NCBI GenBank assembly: GCA_002269645.1 | Contig: NIVC01003743.1 | Location: forward strand, 15,462-79,461 | Length of the DNA: 64,000 nt | Source: Macrostomum lignano | Taxonomy: Eukaryota | Direction of reading: 5' to 3' | Part shown: in pieces, positions 11,030-30,721 of the stretch | Layout of the letters: every line of letters starts with the position of its first letter | Numbering within the stretch: the first letter of the stretch is position 1 | Notes under the pieces: model-generated | What the model was told of the DNA's origin: nothing | Seen by the model: only the letters and a program-made list of their open reading frames with translations | Databases searched by the model: none | Made by a program: the position numbers and the translations under genes

Positions 11030-12920
11030 ATCCCCAAGAATCGCGCCTAAAATTTTCTAAGAACCGCCCCAAAATCTCCCTAAGACCCGTCCTTAAATCT
11101 CCGTAAGAACCGTCCCTAATTCTCCCTAAGAACCGCCCCAATATCTCCCTAAGACCCGTCCCTAAATCTCCGTAAGAATCGTCCCTAAATCTCCGTAGGA
11201 ACCGTCCCGAATTCTCCCTAAGACCCGTCCCTAAATCTCCCTAAGAACCGCCCCAATATCTCCCTAAGACCCGTCCCTAATTCTCCCTAAGACCCGTCCC
11301 TAATTCTCCCTAAGAACCGCCCCAATATCTCCCTAAGACCCGTCCCTAATTCTCCCTAAGAACCGCCCCAATATCTCCCTAAGACCCGTCCCTAATTCTC
11401 CCTAAGAACCGCCCCAATATCTCCCTAAGACCCGTCCCTAATTCTCCCTAAGAACCGCCCCAATATCTCCCTAAGACCCGTCCCTAATTCTCCCTAAGAA
11501 CCGCCCCAATATCTCCCTAAGACCCGTCCCTAATTCTCCCTAAGAACCGCCCCAATATCTCCCTAAGACCCGTCCCTAATTCTCCCTAAGACCCGTCCCT
11601 AATTCTCCCTAAGAACCGCCCCAATATCTCCCTAAGACCCGTCCCTAATTCTCCCTAAGAACCGCCCCAATATCTCCCTAAGACCCGTCCCTAATTCTCC
11701 CTAAGAACCGCCCCAATATCTCCCTAAGACCCGTCCCTAATTCTCCCTAAGAACCGCCCCAATATCTCCCTAAGACCCGTCCCTAATTCTCCCTAAGAAC
11801 CGTCCCTAAATCTTTCTAAGAACGCCCCTAAATCTCCGTAGGAATCGCCCCTAAATCCCCCTAAGAACCGCTTCTAAATCGCCCTAAGAATCTCCCCTAA
11901 ATCTTCTTAAGAATCGCTCCTAAATCTCTGTAAGAACCGTCCCTAATTCTCCCTAAGAACCGCCCCAATATCTCCCTAAGACCCGTCCCTAATTCTCCCT
12001 AAGAACCGCCCCAATATCTCCCTAAGACCCGTCCCTAATTCTCCCTAAGAACCGCCCCAATATCTCCCTAAGACCCGTCCCTAATTCTCCCTAAGACCCG
12101 TCCCTAATTCTCCCTAAGAACCGCCCCAATATCTCCCTAAGACCCGTCCCTAATTCTCCCTAAGAACCGCCCCAATATCTCCCTAAGACCCGTCCCTAAT
12201 TCTCCCTAAGAACCGCCCCAATATCTCCCTAAGACCCGTCCCTAATTCTCCCTAAGAACCGCCCCAATATCTCCCTAAGACCCGTCCCTAATTCTCCCTA
12301 AGAACCGTCCCTAAATCTTTCTAAGAACGCCCCTAAATCTCCGTAGGAATCGCCCCTAAATCCCCCTAAGAACCGCTTCTAAATCGCCCTAAGAATCTCC
12401 CCTAAATCTTCTTAAGAATCGCTCCTAAATCTCTGTAAGAACCGTCCCTAATTCTCCCTAAGAACCGCCCCAATATCTCCCTAAGACCCGTCCCTAATTC
12501 TCCCTAAGAACCGCCCCAATATCTCCCTAAGACCCGTCCCTAATTCTCCCTAAGAACCGCCCCAATATCTCCCTAAGACCCGTCCCTAATTCTCCCTAAG
12601 AACCGCCCCAATATCTCCCTAAGACCCGTCCCTAATTCTCCCTAAGAACCGCCCCAATATCTCCCTAAGACCCGTCCCTAATTCTCCCTAAGAACCGCCC
12701 CAATATCTCCCTAAGACCCGTCCCTAATTCTCCCTAAGAACCGCTTCTAAATCGCCCTAAGAATCTCCCCTAAATCTTCTTAAGAATCGCTCCTAAATCT
12801 CTGTAAGAACCGTCCCTAATTCTCCCTAAGAACCGCCCCTAAATCTCCCTAAAAACCGCCCCTAAATCTCCCTAAGAACCGCCCCTAAATCTCCCTAAGA
12901 ACCGCCCCTTAAATATCTTT
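11030..12920. repeat. CCCTAA-rich 23/46-bp satellite with ~505-bp higher-order repeat
   Basis: Dimer unit CCGTCCCTAATTCTCCCTAAGAA-CCGCCCCAATATCTCCCTAAGAC. A variant block at ~11800 recurs at ~12305 and partly at ~12740. Confidence 0.95.
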
Positions 12921-13154
12921 AAGAATGGCTTTCAGAATTTAATTGTGTTTAATTAAATCTCGCCGTTGAAATGTCAACTCTCAGTTGACATCAATCAATC
13001 ACTCAAATTATGTTTATTGCTTGCTTTTCCTTCTGCATTCCGAATTTTCTCGAACACTGACCGTCTTTGCAGTTTATCGGAAGTTGTCTGGTTTTTGTTT
13101 CAAGATTTTATTAATTTAAAAAAAACAAAGCAAACTTCTCATCGCATAGTTGCT

Positions 13155-15786
13155 ATGGCAACCGCGTACACCTGCGAACACTTGAGCACTCAGCTGGGGC
13201 CCGGCAGTCCCGGCCGCGGCCAATATGAGATGCTATTAAAGCGACTCGTTTATCCTCGCAGTCCAGTCGAACGGGTGCTGAAATCCCAGAAGCAGAAATG
13301 CGCCCAATGCGACAGTATGGCCAGGGTTCACGCTTGCCTACTCTGCGTTCACTTTGGTTGCTATGGCAACGGTCATATTCAAGGTCACGTGGACGCAGCG
13401 CATCCGGCCGGAGGATCTCAGGCTAGGCTAAGCGTGGATTTGAGCTCTGGCCAGGTTTACTGCCACGATTGCTCGGATTATCGCTACGATCTTAGCCTGC
13501 TGCAGATGCTGCGTCAGTGCCGACGGCGGGCCTTCAAATCGTTAGGCGTGCCGAACTTCTTCGAAGACTGGATACCCTCTGAGGAGTTCCTAGCCGTGCT
13601 GGCTAAGAATCGATTGAATCTGCGAGTGTCAACTAATCAATTGCTGGGATTGCGCGGCCTGGTTAATCTGGGCAATACCTGCTTTATGAGCTGCATTGTT
13701 CAGGTTAGTAAATATTGCTTTTAAACTACTTAGTAAGTAGTAAAGAAACCAGTTGATTATTTTTGTCTGTTAGCATACTGTCTAGAAGGACTGTTCGTTC
13801 GTTCACAAAAGGTGATGTTAGAAGACTACAATAAAACTGATCAGATACATCATACAAACAAATTCTGACAACATGAACAGTTCTGACACAACATGAAGAA
13901 CAGTTCTGACACAACATAAACAGCTCTGACTCAACATGAAGAACAGTTCTGACACAACATAAACAGCTCTGACTCATGAACAGTTCTGACACAACATGAA
14001 GAACAGTTCTGACACAACATGAACAGCTCTGACTCATGAACAGTCTTGACACAACATTAACAAGTTCTGACACATGAACAGTCCTGACACAACATTAACA
14101 AATTCTGACAAAACATAAAGAACAGTCTGACACTACATGTACATGAGGAACAGTTCTGACACAACATGAGGAACAGTTCTGACAAAACATGAGGAACAGT
14201 TCTGACACAAAATGAGGAACAGTTCTGACACTACATGAGGAACAGTTCTGACACAACATGAGGAACAGTTCTGACACAAAATGAGGAACAGTTCTGACAA
14301 CATGAGGAACAGCTCTGACACACCTAATACCATGTGTCAGGTCACGAATACCTACAAACCGTCCCTATCAGGCACTGGTTCACACGCCCGTGCTGCGCGA
14401 CTTCTTCCTGTTGGATCCGCACTCCAGCCTGCGCGAGCACCCCGCCCTGTCCTGCCTCGTGTGCGAGTTTGCCCGACTATTTCGCGAATTCTATTCCGAC
14501 TGCGATAATCCATTCGTGCCGAGCTCCACTCTGCACTTAATCTGGGTGCACGCGCACCATCTAGCCGGCTACGAACAGCAGGACGCGCACGAATTTCTAA
14601 TGGCCGCTTTAAATCTGCTGCACCAGCATTTCCAAGCCGATTCTGGCAGCGGAGAGCCGAACGGTTGCACAGTTGGTCACCAGCTGCAGTTACAGCAGCA
14701 GAGAAGTCCATGCCGGTGCATTGTTGACCAAGTGTTCTCTGGTGAATTCCAGTCCGATCTCAAGTGTCTCGGCTGCGACAGCGTCTCGCGTACTATCGAC
14801 CCGTTTTGGGATATTTCGTTGGATATGAACACCCTGACTAGCGAGAGTCAGACTCTTGGCTGCTCTCTGGAACGGTGGGTATTTTAGCTTTAGAGATGAA
14901 CCTGGTGCTGGTAAAAACCGCGGTAATTTTCCGTTTAGAAAATGAGGTCTCGGATAATTCGTATGGGAATTTTGGGAGCTAAGATAATGAATTAATGGAT
15001 TCTCTGGGGAATTTAGGCATTCTAAATGGAACTTGGGTGCATTCTAGGGAAATTGAGATATTCTAGGGGTAATTCAGGCGTTCTAGGGGGAATTTAATCA
15101 TTCCAGGGGGAATTTAGGCATTCTGGGGAGGGAGTTTAGGCATACTAAATGGATTTTATACATTCAAAAGAAATTTATACATTCTAGGGATAATTCAGGG
15201 GGGATTTGGAGGATTTCGTTGGGGAATCAAAAGATTCTACGGAGGAATCGAGGGATTTTAGTGGAGAATTCCGTAGGAAAGAATAATATATTTTTGGGTT
15301 TTGAAAAGAACTGCCCAGGTGTGCCGCATTGTTTGCAGGTACATCGCCCCCGAGCATCGAGGCAAGATTCGCTGCTTCCGCTGCCAGACAGTGCAAGACT
15401 CTATCAAACAGTTGACCTTTCGCAAGCTGCCAGTTGTGGCCTGTTTCCATTTCAAACGGTTCCAGCACGCCTGTCTGAACCACAGGAAGATTAGCACTCA
15501 CATCTCGTTTCCCGAGCTGCTCGACATGACACCGTTCATGTCTAGCAAGGCTAATCACGACGACTCGTTGGAGCGTCTTGGCAAACAGTACCGCCTGTTC
15601 TGCGTAGTGAATCACTCCGGTAGTCTGAGCGCCGGTCACTACACCTGCTACGTGCGGCACAATTGTAACACCTGGTACAAATGCGACGATCACCAGATTA
15701 GCGATGTGCCAGTGTCTGAGGTGCTGACCTCCGAGGGCTATCTGCTGTTCTATCACAAAGTTGTGCTAGATTATCATGTCACTTAA
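13155..15786 (+). CDS. USP22: Ubiquitin carboxyl-terminal hydrolase 22/Nonstop (SAGA deubiquitinase); exons 13155-13703, 14372-14874, 15339-15786 (499 aa)
   Basis: ZnF-UBP domain (CAQC...HACLLCVHFGC...H...CHDC), Cys box GLVNLGNTCFMSC, QQDAHEF, FWDISLD, His box HSGSLSAGHYTCYVRH and WYKCDD. The GT-AG junctions give 1500 nt in frame. Confidence 0.95.
13860..14315. repeat. ~23-bp minisatellite (GAACAGTTCTGACACAACATGAG)n in USP22 intron 1
   Basis: Tandem periodicity read directly, with variant units. Confidence 0.9.
14985..15290. repeat. Degenerate GGGGAATT/TTCTAGG-rich tandem repeat in USP22 intron 2
   Basis: Recurring ATTCTAGGGGAATTTAG-like units, diverged. Confidence 0.6.
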
Positions 15787-16053
15787 TTTATAAATAGTGA
15801 CTGACTGACTGCCTGGCTGACTATTAAAAAAGACTATGACTACAAATGTCTTTTAAAACAACTTATTTATTCAGGCGTACTTGTGCGCGTTTCAGTAAAC
15901 GGTTTAAACTAAATGAGAAATTTAATACTAACCAAAACTGTAGCTTGGTGTGTTTTATAACCATAATAATATTAACTTCTATTTACTATAATTGTTTAAT
16001 GCATCGTTAATTATCCCAGAATATTGGTTTTTCTACAGCTGCTAGAGTAGCTA

Positions 16054-16766
16054 GATATGCCGCTCGCAATTAAAGTTATGAAAGAAGTACACATCTACTC
16101 TTCCCGATGGGAAAAGGGCAGCCTTAGGGATAAGGGATAAGCTTATTTCAGTAGTTTGTCTGTGCTATGTCACTTAAATTTTATGTGGCAGCTAAAATTT
16201 CTTTTTGCTTCGTCGGGGCGTATGGGTTTAAGAAGGAACAGCAAGAATTTAACTCCTACACAAGCGAACCCAAGATGGACGAAACTCTGTCTAGGGGACA
16301 GGCCCAATCTGGCTCAGCCAATGAGAGAGCAGTAAGGAGAGAGGTGAAATTTAGAAGAAACTCAGCCTAGGGGACAGGCCCAATCAGCCAATGAGAGAGC
16401 AGTAAGGAGAGAGGTGAAATTTAGACGAAACTCAGCCTAGGGGACAGGCCCAATCAGCCAATGAGAGAGCAGTAAGGAGAGAGGTGAAATTTGGACGAAA
16501 CTCAGCCTAGGGGACAGGCCCAATCTGGCTCAGCCAATGAGAGAGCAGTAAAGAGAGAGAGGTCAGTCAGACGGACGAAACTCAGCCTAGGGGACAGGCC
16601 CAATCTGGCTCAGCCAATGAGAGAGAAGTAAGGAAAGGTGAAATTTGGACGAAACTCAGCCTAGGGGACAGGCCCGATTTGGCTCAGTCAATGAGAGAAA
16701 ACAAAGAACTATAACTTTCCTACTGAACAGAGTTGATGAACGAAATTTTTTTGCAAGTGACATATT
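16054..16766 (+). mobile_element. Interspersed CCAAT-rich repeat, probable TA-flanked MITE (copy 1)
   Basis: The ends GATATGCCGCTCGCAA and TTGCAAGTGACATATT are imperfect inverted repeats flanked by TA. It has internal ~60-bp tandem units containing AGCCAATGAG. A homologous inverted copy lies at 23079-23810. Confidence 0.65.
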
Positions 16767-17254
16767 TAGTTTTCTAGCATCTCGTGTACGATTATCTGAC
16801 CTTACATGATTATTTATTTACCGCTTATGTTTGTCTTATGTTTGTCTTTTTTCCTAATATTATTGATAATATCAATGCTGTAAAATAAACGGATAACTTA
16901 TTGATGTAAAATGAACTAAATAAATATTTATGTTTAGTGCTTTCAGCCTGTAACTGATGTTCGTGTACCAACCCAACTAAATAAGACTGAAGTGTGTTGT
17001 ATAGTGCCGCTATCGTTTTGATCAGATTTTTAAAGAGTGACTACTGACTGATTCACTGTTGACTAAGTGTATACATTTAATTACTCTAGAAATGATAGGT
17101 AGTACACTATCCATATAAACTTCTGAAGCCATTTTTAACACAGTCCTTGACTTGCTCCCCAGTTATATTGTGCGTAACTGCTTAGACAGGCGGTCTTTGT
17201 AGTCCTGTAGCGCTTTCATTCACTCTCATTCATTCTCGCTTCACTCTTATGGTT

Positions 17255-19110
17255 TTCTGTCTGTCTGCCTGCCTTTCTGTCTGTCTGTATGTCTGCCTGC
17301 CGTCTGTCTGTCTGTCTGTCTGTCTGTCTGTGTTTGTCAGCTTGCCTACCTGCCTGTTTGTTTTAGTATCAATGTCTCTGTGTTTGTCAGCTTGCCTACC
17401 TGCCTGTTTGTTTTAGTATCAATGTGTCTGTGTTTGTCAGCTTGCCTACCTGCCTGTTTGTTTTAGTATCAATGTCTCTGTGTTTGTCAGCTTGCCTACC
17501 TGCCTGTTTGTTTTAGTATCAATGTCTCTGTGTTTGTCAGCTTGCCTACCTGCCTGTTTGTTTTAGTATCAATGTGTCTGTGTTTGTCAGCTTGCCTACC
17601 TGCCTGTTTGTTTTAGTATCAATGTCTCTGTGTTTGTCAGCTTGCCTACCTGCCTGTTTGTTTTAGTATCAATGTGTCTGTGTTTGTCAGCTTGCCTACC
17701 TGCCTGTTTGTTTTAGTATCAATGTCTGTCTGTGTTTGTCAGCTTGCCTACCTGCCTGTTTGTTTTAGTATCAATGTCTCTGTGTTTGTCAGCTTGCCTA
17801 CCTGCCTGTTTGTTTTAGTATCAATGTGTCTGTGTTTGTCAGCTTGCCTACCTGCCTGTTTGTTTTAGTATCAATGTCTCTGTGTTTGTCAGCTTGCCTA
17901 CCTGCCTGTTTGTTTTAGTATCAATGTCTCTGTGTTTGTCAGCTTGCCTACCTGCCTGTTTGTTTTAGTATCAATGTCTCTGTGTTTGTCAGCTTGCCTA
18001 CCTGCCTGTTTGTTTTAGTATCAATGTGTCTGTGTTTGTCAGCTTGCCTACCTGCCTGTTTGTTTTAGTATCAATGTCTGTCTGTGTTTGTCAGCTTGCC
18101 TACCTGCCTGTTTGTTTTAGTATCAATGTCTCTGTGTTTGTCAGCTTGCCTACCTGCCTGTTTGTTTTAGTATCAATGTGTCTGTGTTTGTCAGCTTGCC
18201 TACCTGCCTGTTTGTTTTAGTATCAATGTCTCTGTGTTTGTCAGCTTGCCTACCTGCCTGTTTGTTTTAGTATCAATGTCTCTGTGTTTGTCAGCTTGCC
18301 TACCTGCCTGTTTGTTTTAGTATCAATGTCTCTGTGTTTGTCAGCTTGCCTACCTGCCTGTTTGTTTTAGTATCAATGTGTCTGTGTTTGTCAGCTTGCC
18401 TACCTGCCTGTTTGTTTTAGTATCAATGTCTCTGTGTTTGTCAGCTTGCCTACCTGCCTGTTTGTTTTAGTATCAATGTGTCTGTGTTTGTCAGCTTGCC
18501 TACCTGCCTGTTTTAGTATCAATGTCTCTGTGTTTGTCAGCTTGCCTACCTGCCTGTTTGTTTTAGTATCAATGTGTCTGTGTTTGTCAGCTTGCCTACC
18601 TGCCTGTTTGTTTTAGTATCAATGTCTCTGTGTTTGTCAGCTTGCCTACCTGCCTGTTTGTTTTAGTATCAATGTCTCTGTGTTTGTCAGCTTGCCTACC
18701 TGCCTGTTTGTTTTAGTATCAATGTCTGTCTGTGTTTGTCAGCTTGCCTACCTGCCTGTTTGTTTTAGTATCAATGTCTCTGTGTTTGTCAGCTTGCCTA
18801 CCTGCCTGTTTGTTTTAGTATCAATGTCTCTGTGTTTGTCAGCTTGCCTACCTGCCTGTTTGTTTTAGTATCAATGTCTGTCTGTGTTTGTCAGCTTGCC
18901 TACCTGCCTGTTTGTTTTAGTATCAATGTCTGTCTGTGTTTGTCAGCTTGCCTACCTGCCTGTTTGTTTTAGTATCAATGTCTGTCTGTGTTTGTCAGCT
19001 TGCCTACCTGCCTGTTTGTTTTAGTATCAATGTCTGTCTGTGTTTGTCTGCTTGCCTACCTGCCTGTTTGTTTTAGTATCAATTTGTTTGTCTGTCTGTC
19101 TGTGTCTGTC
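17255..19110. repeat. 50-bp minisatellite (CTTGCCTACCTGCCTGTTTGTTTTAGTATCAATGTCTCTGTGTTTGTCAG)n with TCTG flanks
   Basis: Period 50 (for example 17341 and 17391), with occasional 54-bp units, about 35 copies. Confidence 0.95.
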
Positions 19111-19833
19111 AATCCGTCAGTCTCTATCATTCTATAAAATTCTGTCTTAGTGTGCGTTTTTCTGTCTGTATTGTTATTTTTTTGGTATTCATTTTGCTAA
19201 AGTCTCTCTGAATACTAAATTTAGCAAAAATCTCTGTTTGGTTTAACATCCATCCTTCAGTATCTTAAAATTTCTTGATTTTCTCTCTTCATTACTGTTT
19301 CTTTCTGTGTCTTTCTTGTTTTTTATTAAAATTCAAAATGGTCAGCATATATTTTGTTATTCTGTTAACCCCAATACTTCATTGGCAACTCTATTTAACT
19401 GCAGTAATACAGTCTGTTGGTATTACATCAGCATGGCTAACTTACTGTTTGGCTTTCATGTTGTTTTCTTTAATTGCTGTCATTTGTAATATGAGAATAA
19501 TAAATAATTAACATTGTGTTGAACTCCCTGTCGCCCAGTCCTTTCGCACCCCCCACTGTCTCCGCAGTGTTTACCATGTTTGACAACTTGACGAATATCC
19601 GTAATAAAAAAATAAACTTTGGACCCGCTTTGTCATCAGTTTGATCTTGTTTGACGTCAATTTCGATCGCTTATTGAAATATTATTTGTTTTAATTCGTC
19701 CTTGAATTTCTGCTTTCAGTTTGATAAAACTGTGTAGGTTATAGTCCCATCAGCTTTTCTATGCCTCCGTAATTCGATATCTAGTATGATTGTAATGGTA
19801 AGTTTAGTACAATTACCCCAGTATTTTCTCTAG

Positions 19834-19909
19834 CCATCTATGTATCTTTATCCATCTATCTATCTATCTATCTTTCTATCTATCTGTCTATCTATCTATC
19901 TATCTATCG

Positions 19910-19945
<36 letters not shown>

Positions 19946-20009
19946 ATCTATCTGTCTATCTATCTATCTTTCTATCTAACTGTCTATCTATCTATCTATC
20001 TATCTATCC

Positions 20010-20045
<36 letters not shown>

Positions 20046-20150
20046 ATCTATCTGTCTATCTATCTATCTTTCTATCTATCTGTCTATCTATCTATCTATC
20101 TATCTATCTAACTGTCTATCTATCTATCTATCTATCTATCTGTCTGTCTG
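19834..20150. repeat. (TCTA)n microsatellite just upstream of the DUS4L-like gene
   Basis: Read directly from the sequence. Confidence 0.95.
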
Positions 20151-20242
20151 TGTAGTAATATCAGCTTCTAATTAGTCACTAAGACAAAATAGCATCCACA
20201 ATGTTTGCCGCTTATCTTATCCTATTCCATCTTACAAAATTC

Positions 20243-22196
20243 ATGTCGTCAAGCGAGCGCAGCAAGCTGTCAAAATTCTGCCAGCCCGGCAGGCCGTATG
20301 TCCGCATCTGCGCACCGATGGTTCGCTACTCCAAGCTTCCGTTTCGCTATCTGATGCGTCAGTACGGCTGCGACCTGTGCTACACGCCTATGATCGTCGC
20401 TTCGTCCTTTCTGTGCTCCGACAAGGCCAGGGACAACGAATTCGTCACTGGGCCGGGCGACCGGCCTCTCATAGTGCAGTTCGCTTCTAACGATCCGGCA
20501 GAGTTCGCCGCCTGCGTCCAGTTGGTCGAGCCGCACTGCGACGGCGTGGATTTGAATTGCGGCTGTCCGCAACGCTGGGCCAATCAGCAGAATCTTGGCG
20601 TTTGTTTGTGCTCACAGCCGCAACTGTTAGCAGAGATGCTCACGGCTGCCAGGGCGGCGCTGCGATGTCCTAATAAGTTTGCGCTATCCGCAAAAATTCG
20701 ATTGTGTCCGGATATGCGCGACACGGAGCGGCTGTGCTTGGTGAGCATGCCATACATGCGCAACCTTGGGGATCACTGGCCGTTTCTATTGGCAACACAC
20801 ATATGTAAGTCGCTATTGGCTGAGAGCAGTCACGTGACTACTATTCTGTCCAATAGCGACTTACATGTGTGTGCTGTGTGTGTCGCCAATATAAACAGCC
20901 GGGTGAATCCCTAGATTGCGCCCAAGCATGTTGGTGAGGGGAGAGCAGTATAAAATTAGCCCAATGTACATTCTAAACCCAGAATGTAGATTGCCAGTTT
21001 GCTAAAAAATAGCCGCCCAAACCCAGAATGTAGATTGCCAGTTTGCTAAAAAATAGCCGCCCAAATCCAGAATGTACATTGACAGTGTGCTAAAAATAGA
21101 CGCTTAAATCCAGAATGTACATTGCCAGTGTGCTAAAAAAATGCCCACATCCAGAATGTGCATTGCCAGTGTGTTAAAAATAGACGCCCAAATTTAGAAT
21201 GTACATTGCCAGTGTGTTAAAAATAGACGCCCAAAATCTAGAATGTACATTGCCAGTGTGCTAAAAATAGATGCCTTAACCCAGAATGTACATTGCCAGT
21301 GACCCAAAAATAGACGCCTAAACCCAGAATGTAGATTGCACAGTTTGCTAAAAATAGCCGCCCAAATCCAGAATGTACATTGCCAGTGTTCTAAAAATAG
21401 ACGCTTAAACCCAGAATGTACATTGCCAGTGTTCTAAAAACGCCTAAACCCAGAATGTAGATTGCCAGTTTGCTAAAAATAGCTGCCCAAATCCAGAATG
21501 TACATTGCCAGTGTTCTAAAAATAGACGCCTAAACCCAGAATTGATGATGTGCTAAAAATAGCCACCCAAATCCAGAATGTACATTGCCAGTGTGCTAGA
21601 AATAGATGCCTAAACCCAAAATTTACATTGCCAGTGTGCTAAAAATAGACGCCCAAATTCAGAATGTACATTGTCTGTGAGATAAGTAAAAATAGCTTTT
21701 GCCGCTCTTACCCACTCAGACCCTCGAAAAGGCCGGAGCAGATTGGATAACTGTGCACTGTCGCACTCCAACCCAGCGTCACGAGCCGGCAGACTGGGAA
21801 GCTTTAGCCCGACTACGCTCTGTTTTGCCGACCCGCATAGCTCTGGTTGCCAATGGCGACGTGTTTAATCTATTGGACGCGGACAGATTACATTCTCTTA
21901 CTGGCTGTTTAGGCGTCATGTCCGCCAGAGGCCTAATACGCAATCCGGCCATGTTCTCGCCAGAGAGGCCGTTGACAACGCCTAACGAGTGCGTTCGACG
22001 ATTTTTATGGCTGAGCTTGAGTCTGGGCCTACCCTATCCGGTGTTTCACTATCACCTGGTGCACATGCTCGAGGATCGATTGAGTCGGGCTGAGGCGCAT
22101 TTCTTCAATTATTTGACCAGCGTAGCCGCTGTTATTGACTTTGTCAATCGGTGGGTTCTGAATGCTCATAATGGGGATTGTGGCAATGATGATTGA
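20243..22196 (+). CDS. DUS4L: tRNA-dihydrouridine(20a/20b) synthase DUS4-like; exons 20243 (or 20201)-20740 and 21720-22196
   Basis: Motifs APMVRYSKLPFR, YTPM, QFASND, catalytic DLNCGCP, ITVHCRT, VANGDVF and GVMSARGLIRNPAMF. Phase-0 junction TTG|GTGAG to CAG|ACC. The start codon (20201 or 20243) is ambiguous. Confidence 0.92.
20966..21675. repeat. ~43-bp minisatellite (CCAGAATGTACATTGCCAGTGTGCTAAAAATAGACGCC...)n in the DUS4L intron
   Basis: Tandem units carry the palindrome AATGTACATT. Confidence 0.9.
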
Positions 22197-22815
22197 TGAC
22201 GATGATAATGGTGATGATGATTGATGATGATAGTGATGATGACGATGGTAATGATGATGATTAATGATGATAGTGATGATGGTAATGGTGATAATGATGA
22301 TTAATGATGATAGTTATGATAGCAATGGTAATGATGATGATTAATGATGATAGTGATGATGACAATGGTAATGATGATGATTAATGATGATAGTGATGAT
22401 GGTAATGGTGATAATGATGATTAATGATGATAGTGATGATGGTAATGGTGATAATGATGATTAATGATGATAGTTATGATAGCAATGGTAATGATGATGA
22501 TTAATGATGATAGTGATGATGACAATGGTAATGATGATGATTAATGATGATAGTGATGATGGTAATGGTGATAATGATGATTAATGATGATAGTGATGAT
22601 GGTAATTGTGATTGGTGATGATGATTATTGATGATGATAGGGATAATGGTAATGGTGATGATGATTATTAATGATGATAGGAATGATGGTAATGGTGATG
22701 GTTGATGATGATTATTGATTATTAATTGATTAATTGATTATTGATTATTAATTGATAGGTATGATGGAAATGGTGATGATAGATAATGGCAATGGTGATG
22801 ATGATGATGATGATG
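22185..22815. repeat. GAT/TGA-rich triplet-based repeat starting at the DUS4L stop codon
   Basis: (GATGATTAATGATGATAGTGATGATGGTAATGGTGATAAT)-like units follow directly on from the final codons AAT GAT GAT TGA. Confidence 0.9.
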
Positions 22816-23078
22816 AAACTGAACTCAGTCGTGGCACAATTAATTTCGAATAAATTATGCTGCAGTGCGCCCTCTGTTTTATCTCATTAAAAGTGCCGTT
22901 ATGACAGAGCTGAAATAATCTATAAGCCTATCATTAGCTGTCAGTGCAGGGGAATCTGTTACGATTTGAGATTCTGGCAATGTTTGTCTAAATCATTATT
23001 TCCATCTAAATCATCTGTCTTCCTTGTGTGTTCAGATTTAAATTTACTGCCTAGTAACCACGGCTACTCAAATTACTA

Positions 23079-23810
23079 GATATGTCACTCGCAAAAAATC
23101 CGCTTATCTACTACTCTTCAGGAGCAAACGTAGCGTTTTTTGCCTTTAAAATAGTAAAATCAGAAATTTAATATAAAAAATTACAAGAACATTTTTTGCT
23201 TCAGCAAACCCTTGTTTAATTGACTCCAGACTGCCTCAGACTTGACATTATTCAAAAAGAAATAAATTCAAGACTAAGGATTCCAAGAAAACGTGAAATA
23301 TCTATAGCGAGCAAAAGAGAAAAGGGGTCGAACCCAACCCCCCAGCCAGGCCGATAAACAGGTCGGCTTTCCTCTTGTCCGCTTGTGTCTGATTTTGATA
23401 TCCCTCCTTACTGCTCTCTCATTGGCTGAGCCAGGTTAGGCCTGTCCCCCAGGCTGATTTTCGTCCGTCTGACTTTGATCTCTCTCCTTACTGCTCTCTG
23501 ATTGGCTGAGCCAGATTGGACCTGCCCCTAGACTGAGTTTCGTCCGTCTGACTGACCTCTTTCCTTACTGCTCTCTCATTGGCTGAGCTAGATTGGGCTC
23601 CCTAGGCTGAGTTTCTTTACGTCTTTACGTTCACTTGTGTACATCAAGTTAAGTGCTTGTTGTTCATTCTTGACCCCATATGCTCCTGAGGGTGCAAACA
23701 CCGAGGAAGACAAGATATTTTAGCTACCACATAAAATTCAAGTGACACTGCGCACTGGCGCAGACAAACTACTGAAATAAGAGTAGACGTTGTACTTTTC
23801 AGAAATTCTA
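23079..23810 (-). mobile_element. Interspersed CCAAT-rich repeat (copy 2, inverted relative to copy 1)
   Basis: About 23400-23800 is the reverse complement of about 16080-16700 (CTCTCTCATTGGCTGAGCC units, TAGCTACCACATAAAATT, CAGACAAACTACTGAAATAAG). It starts TA|GATATGTCACTCGCAAAAAA. The other end is not clear. Confidence 0.7.
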
Positions 23811-24173
23811 GTTAGTCTAGCATCTGTCCAAGTAACTAATGCAGTAAGCTAGTCAATTAGTGTTTATTTATAACTTGTTATTGAGCTCTTTGATCGCATT
23901 TTAATGCGTGCTTAAATTAATTGAAATTTATGCTTAATAAACTATTATTATATTGACTGTTGTTATTGTGTGCCTTTATGTATGCTTTAGTGTCCTTATT
24001 TGCCTAAAGAATCACTAATAAATGATGACTTCATATTGTCTTACAAATATTTTGTCGCTTTCATTTCTATGAACAATTCTTTCTTGAGTTAATAATCATA
24101 ATGCAACGACAAATTAATTTCAGCAAAGATCCCCTGACAGAACCAAGCTGATTGAGTAGCAACACTAGTGTAA

Positions 24174-30721
<6,548 letters not shown>

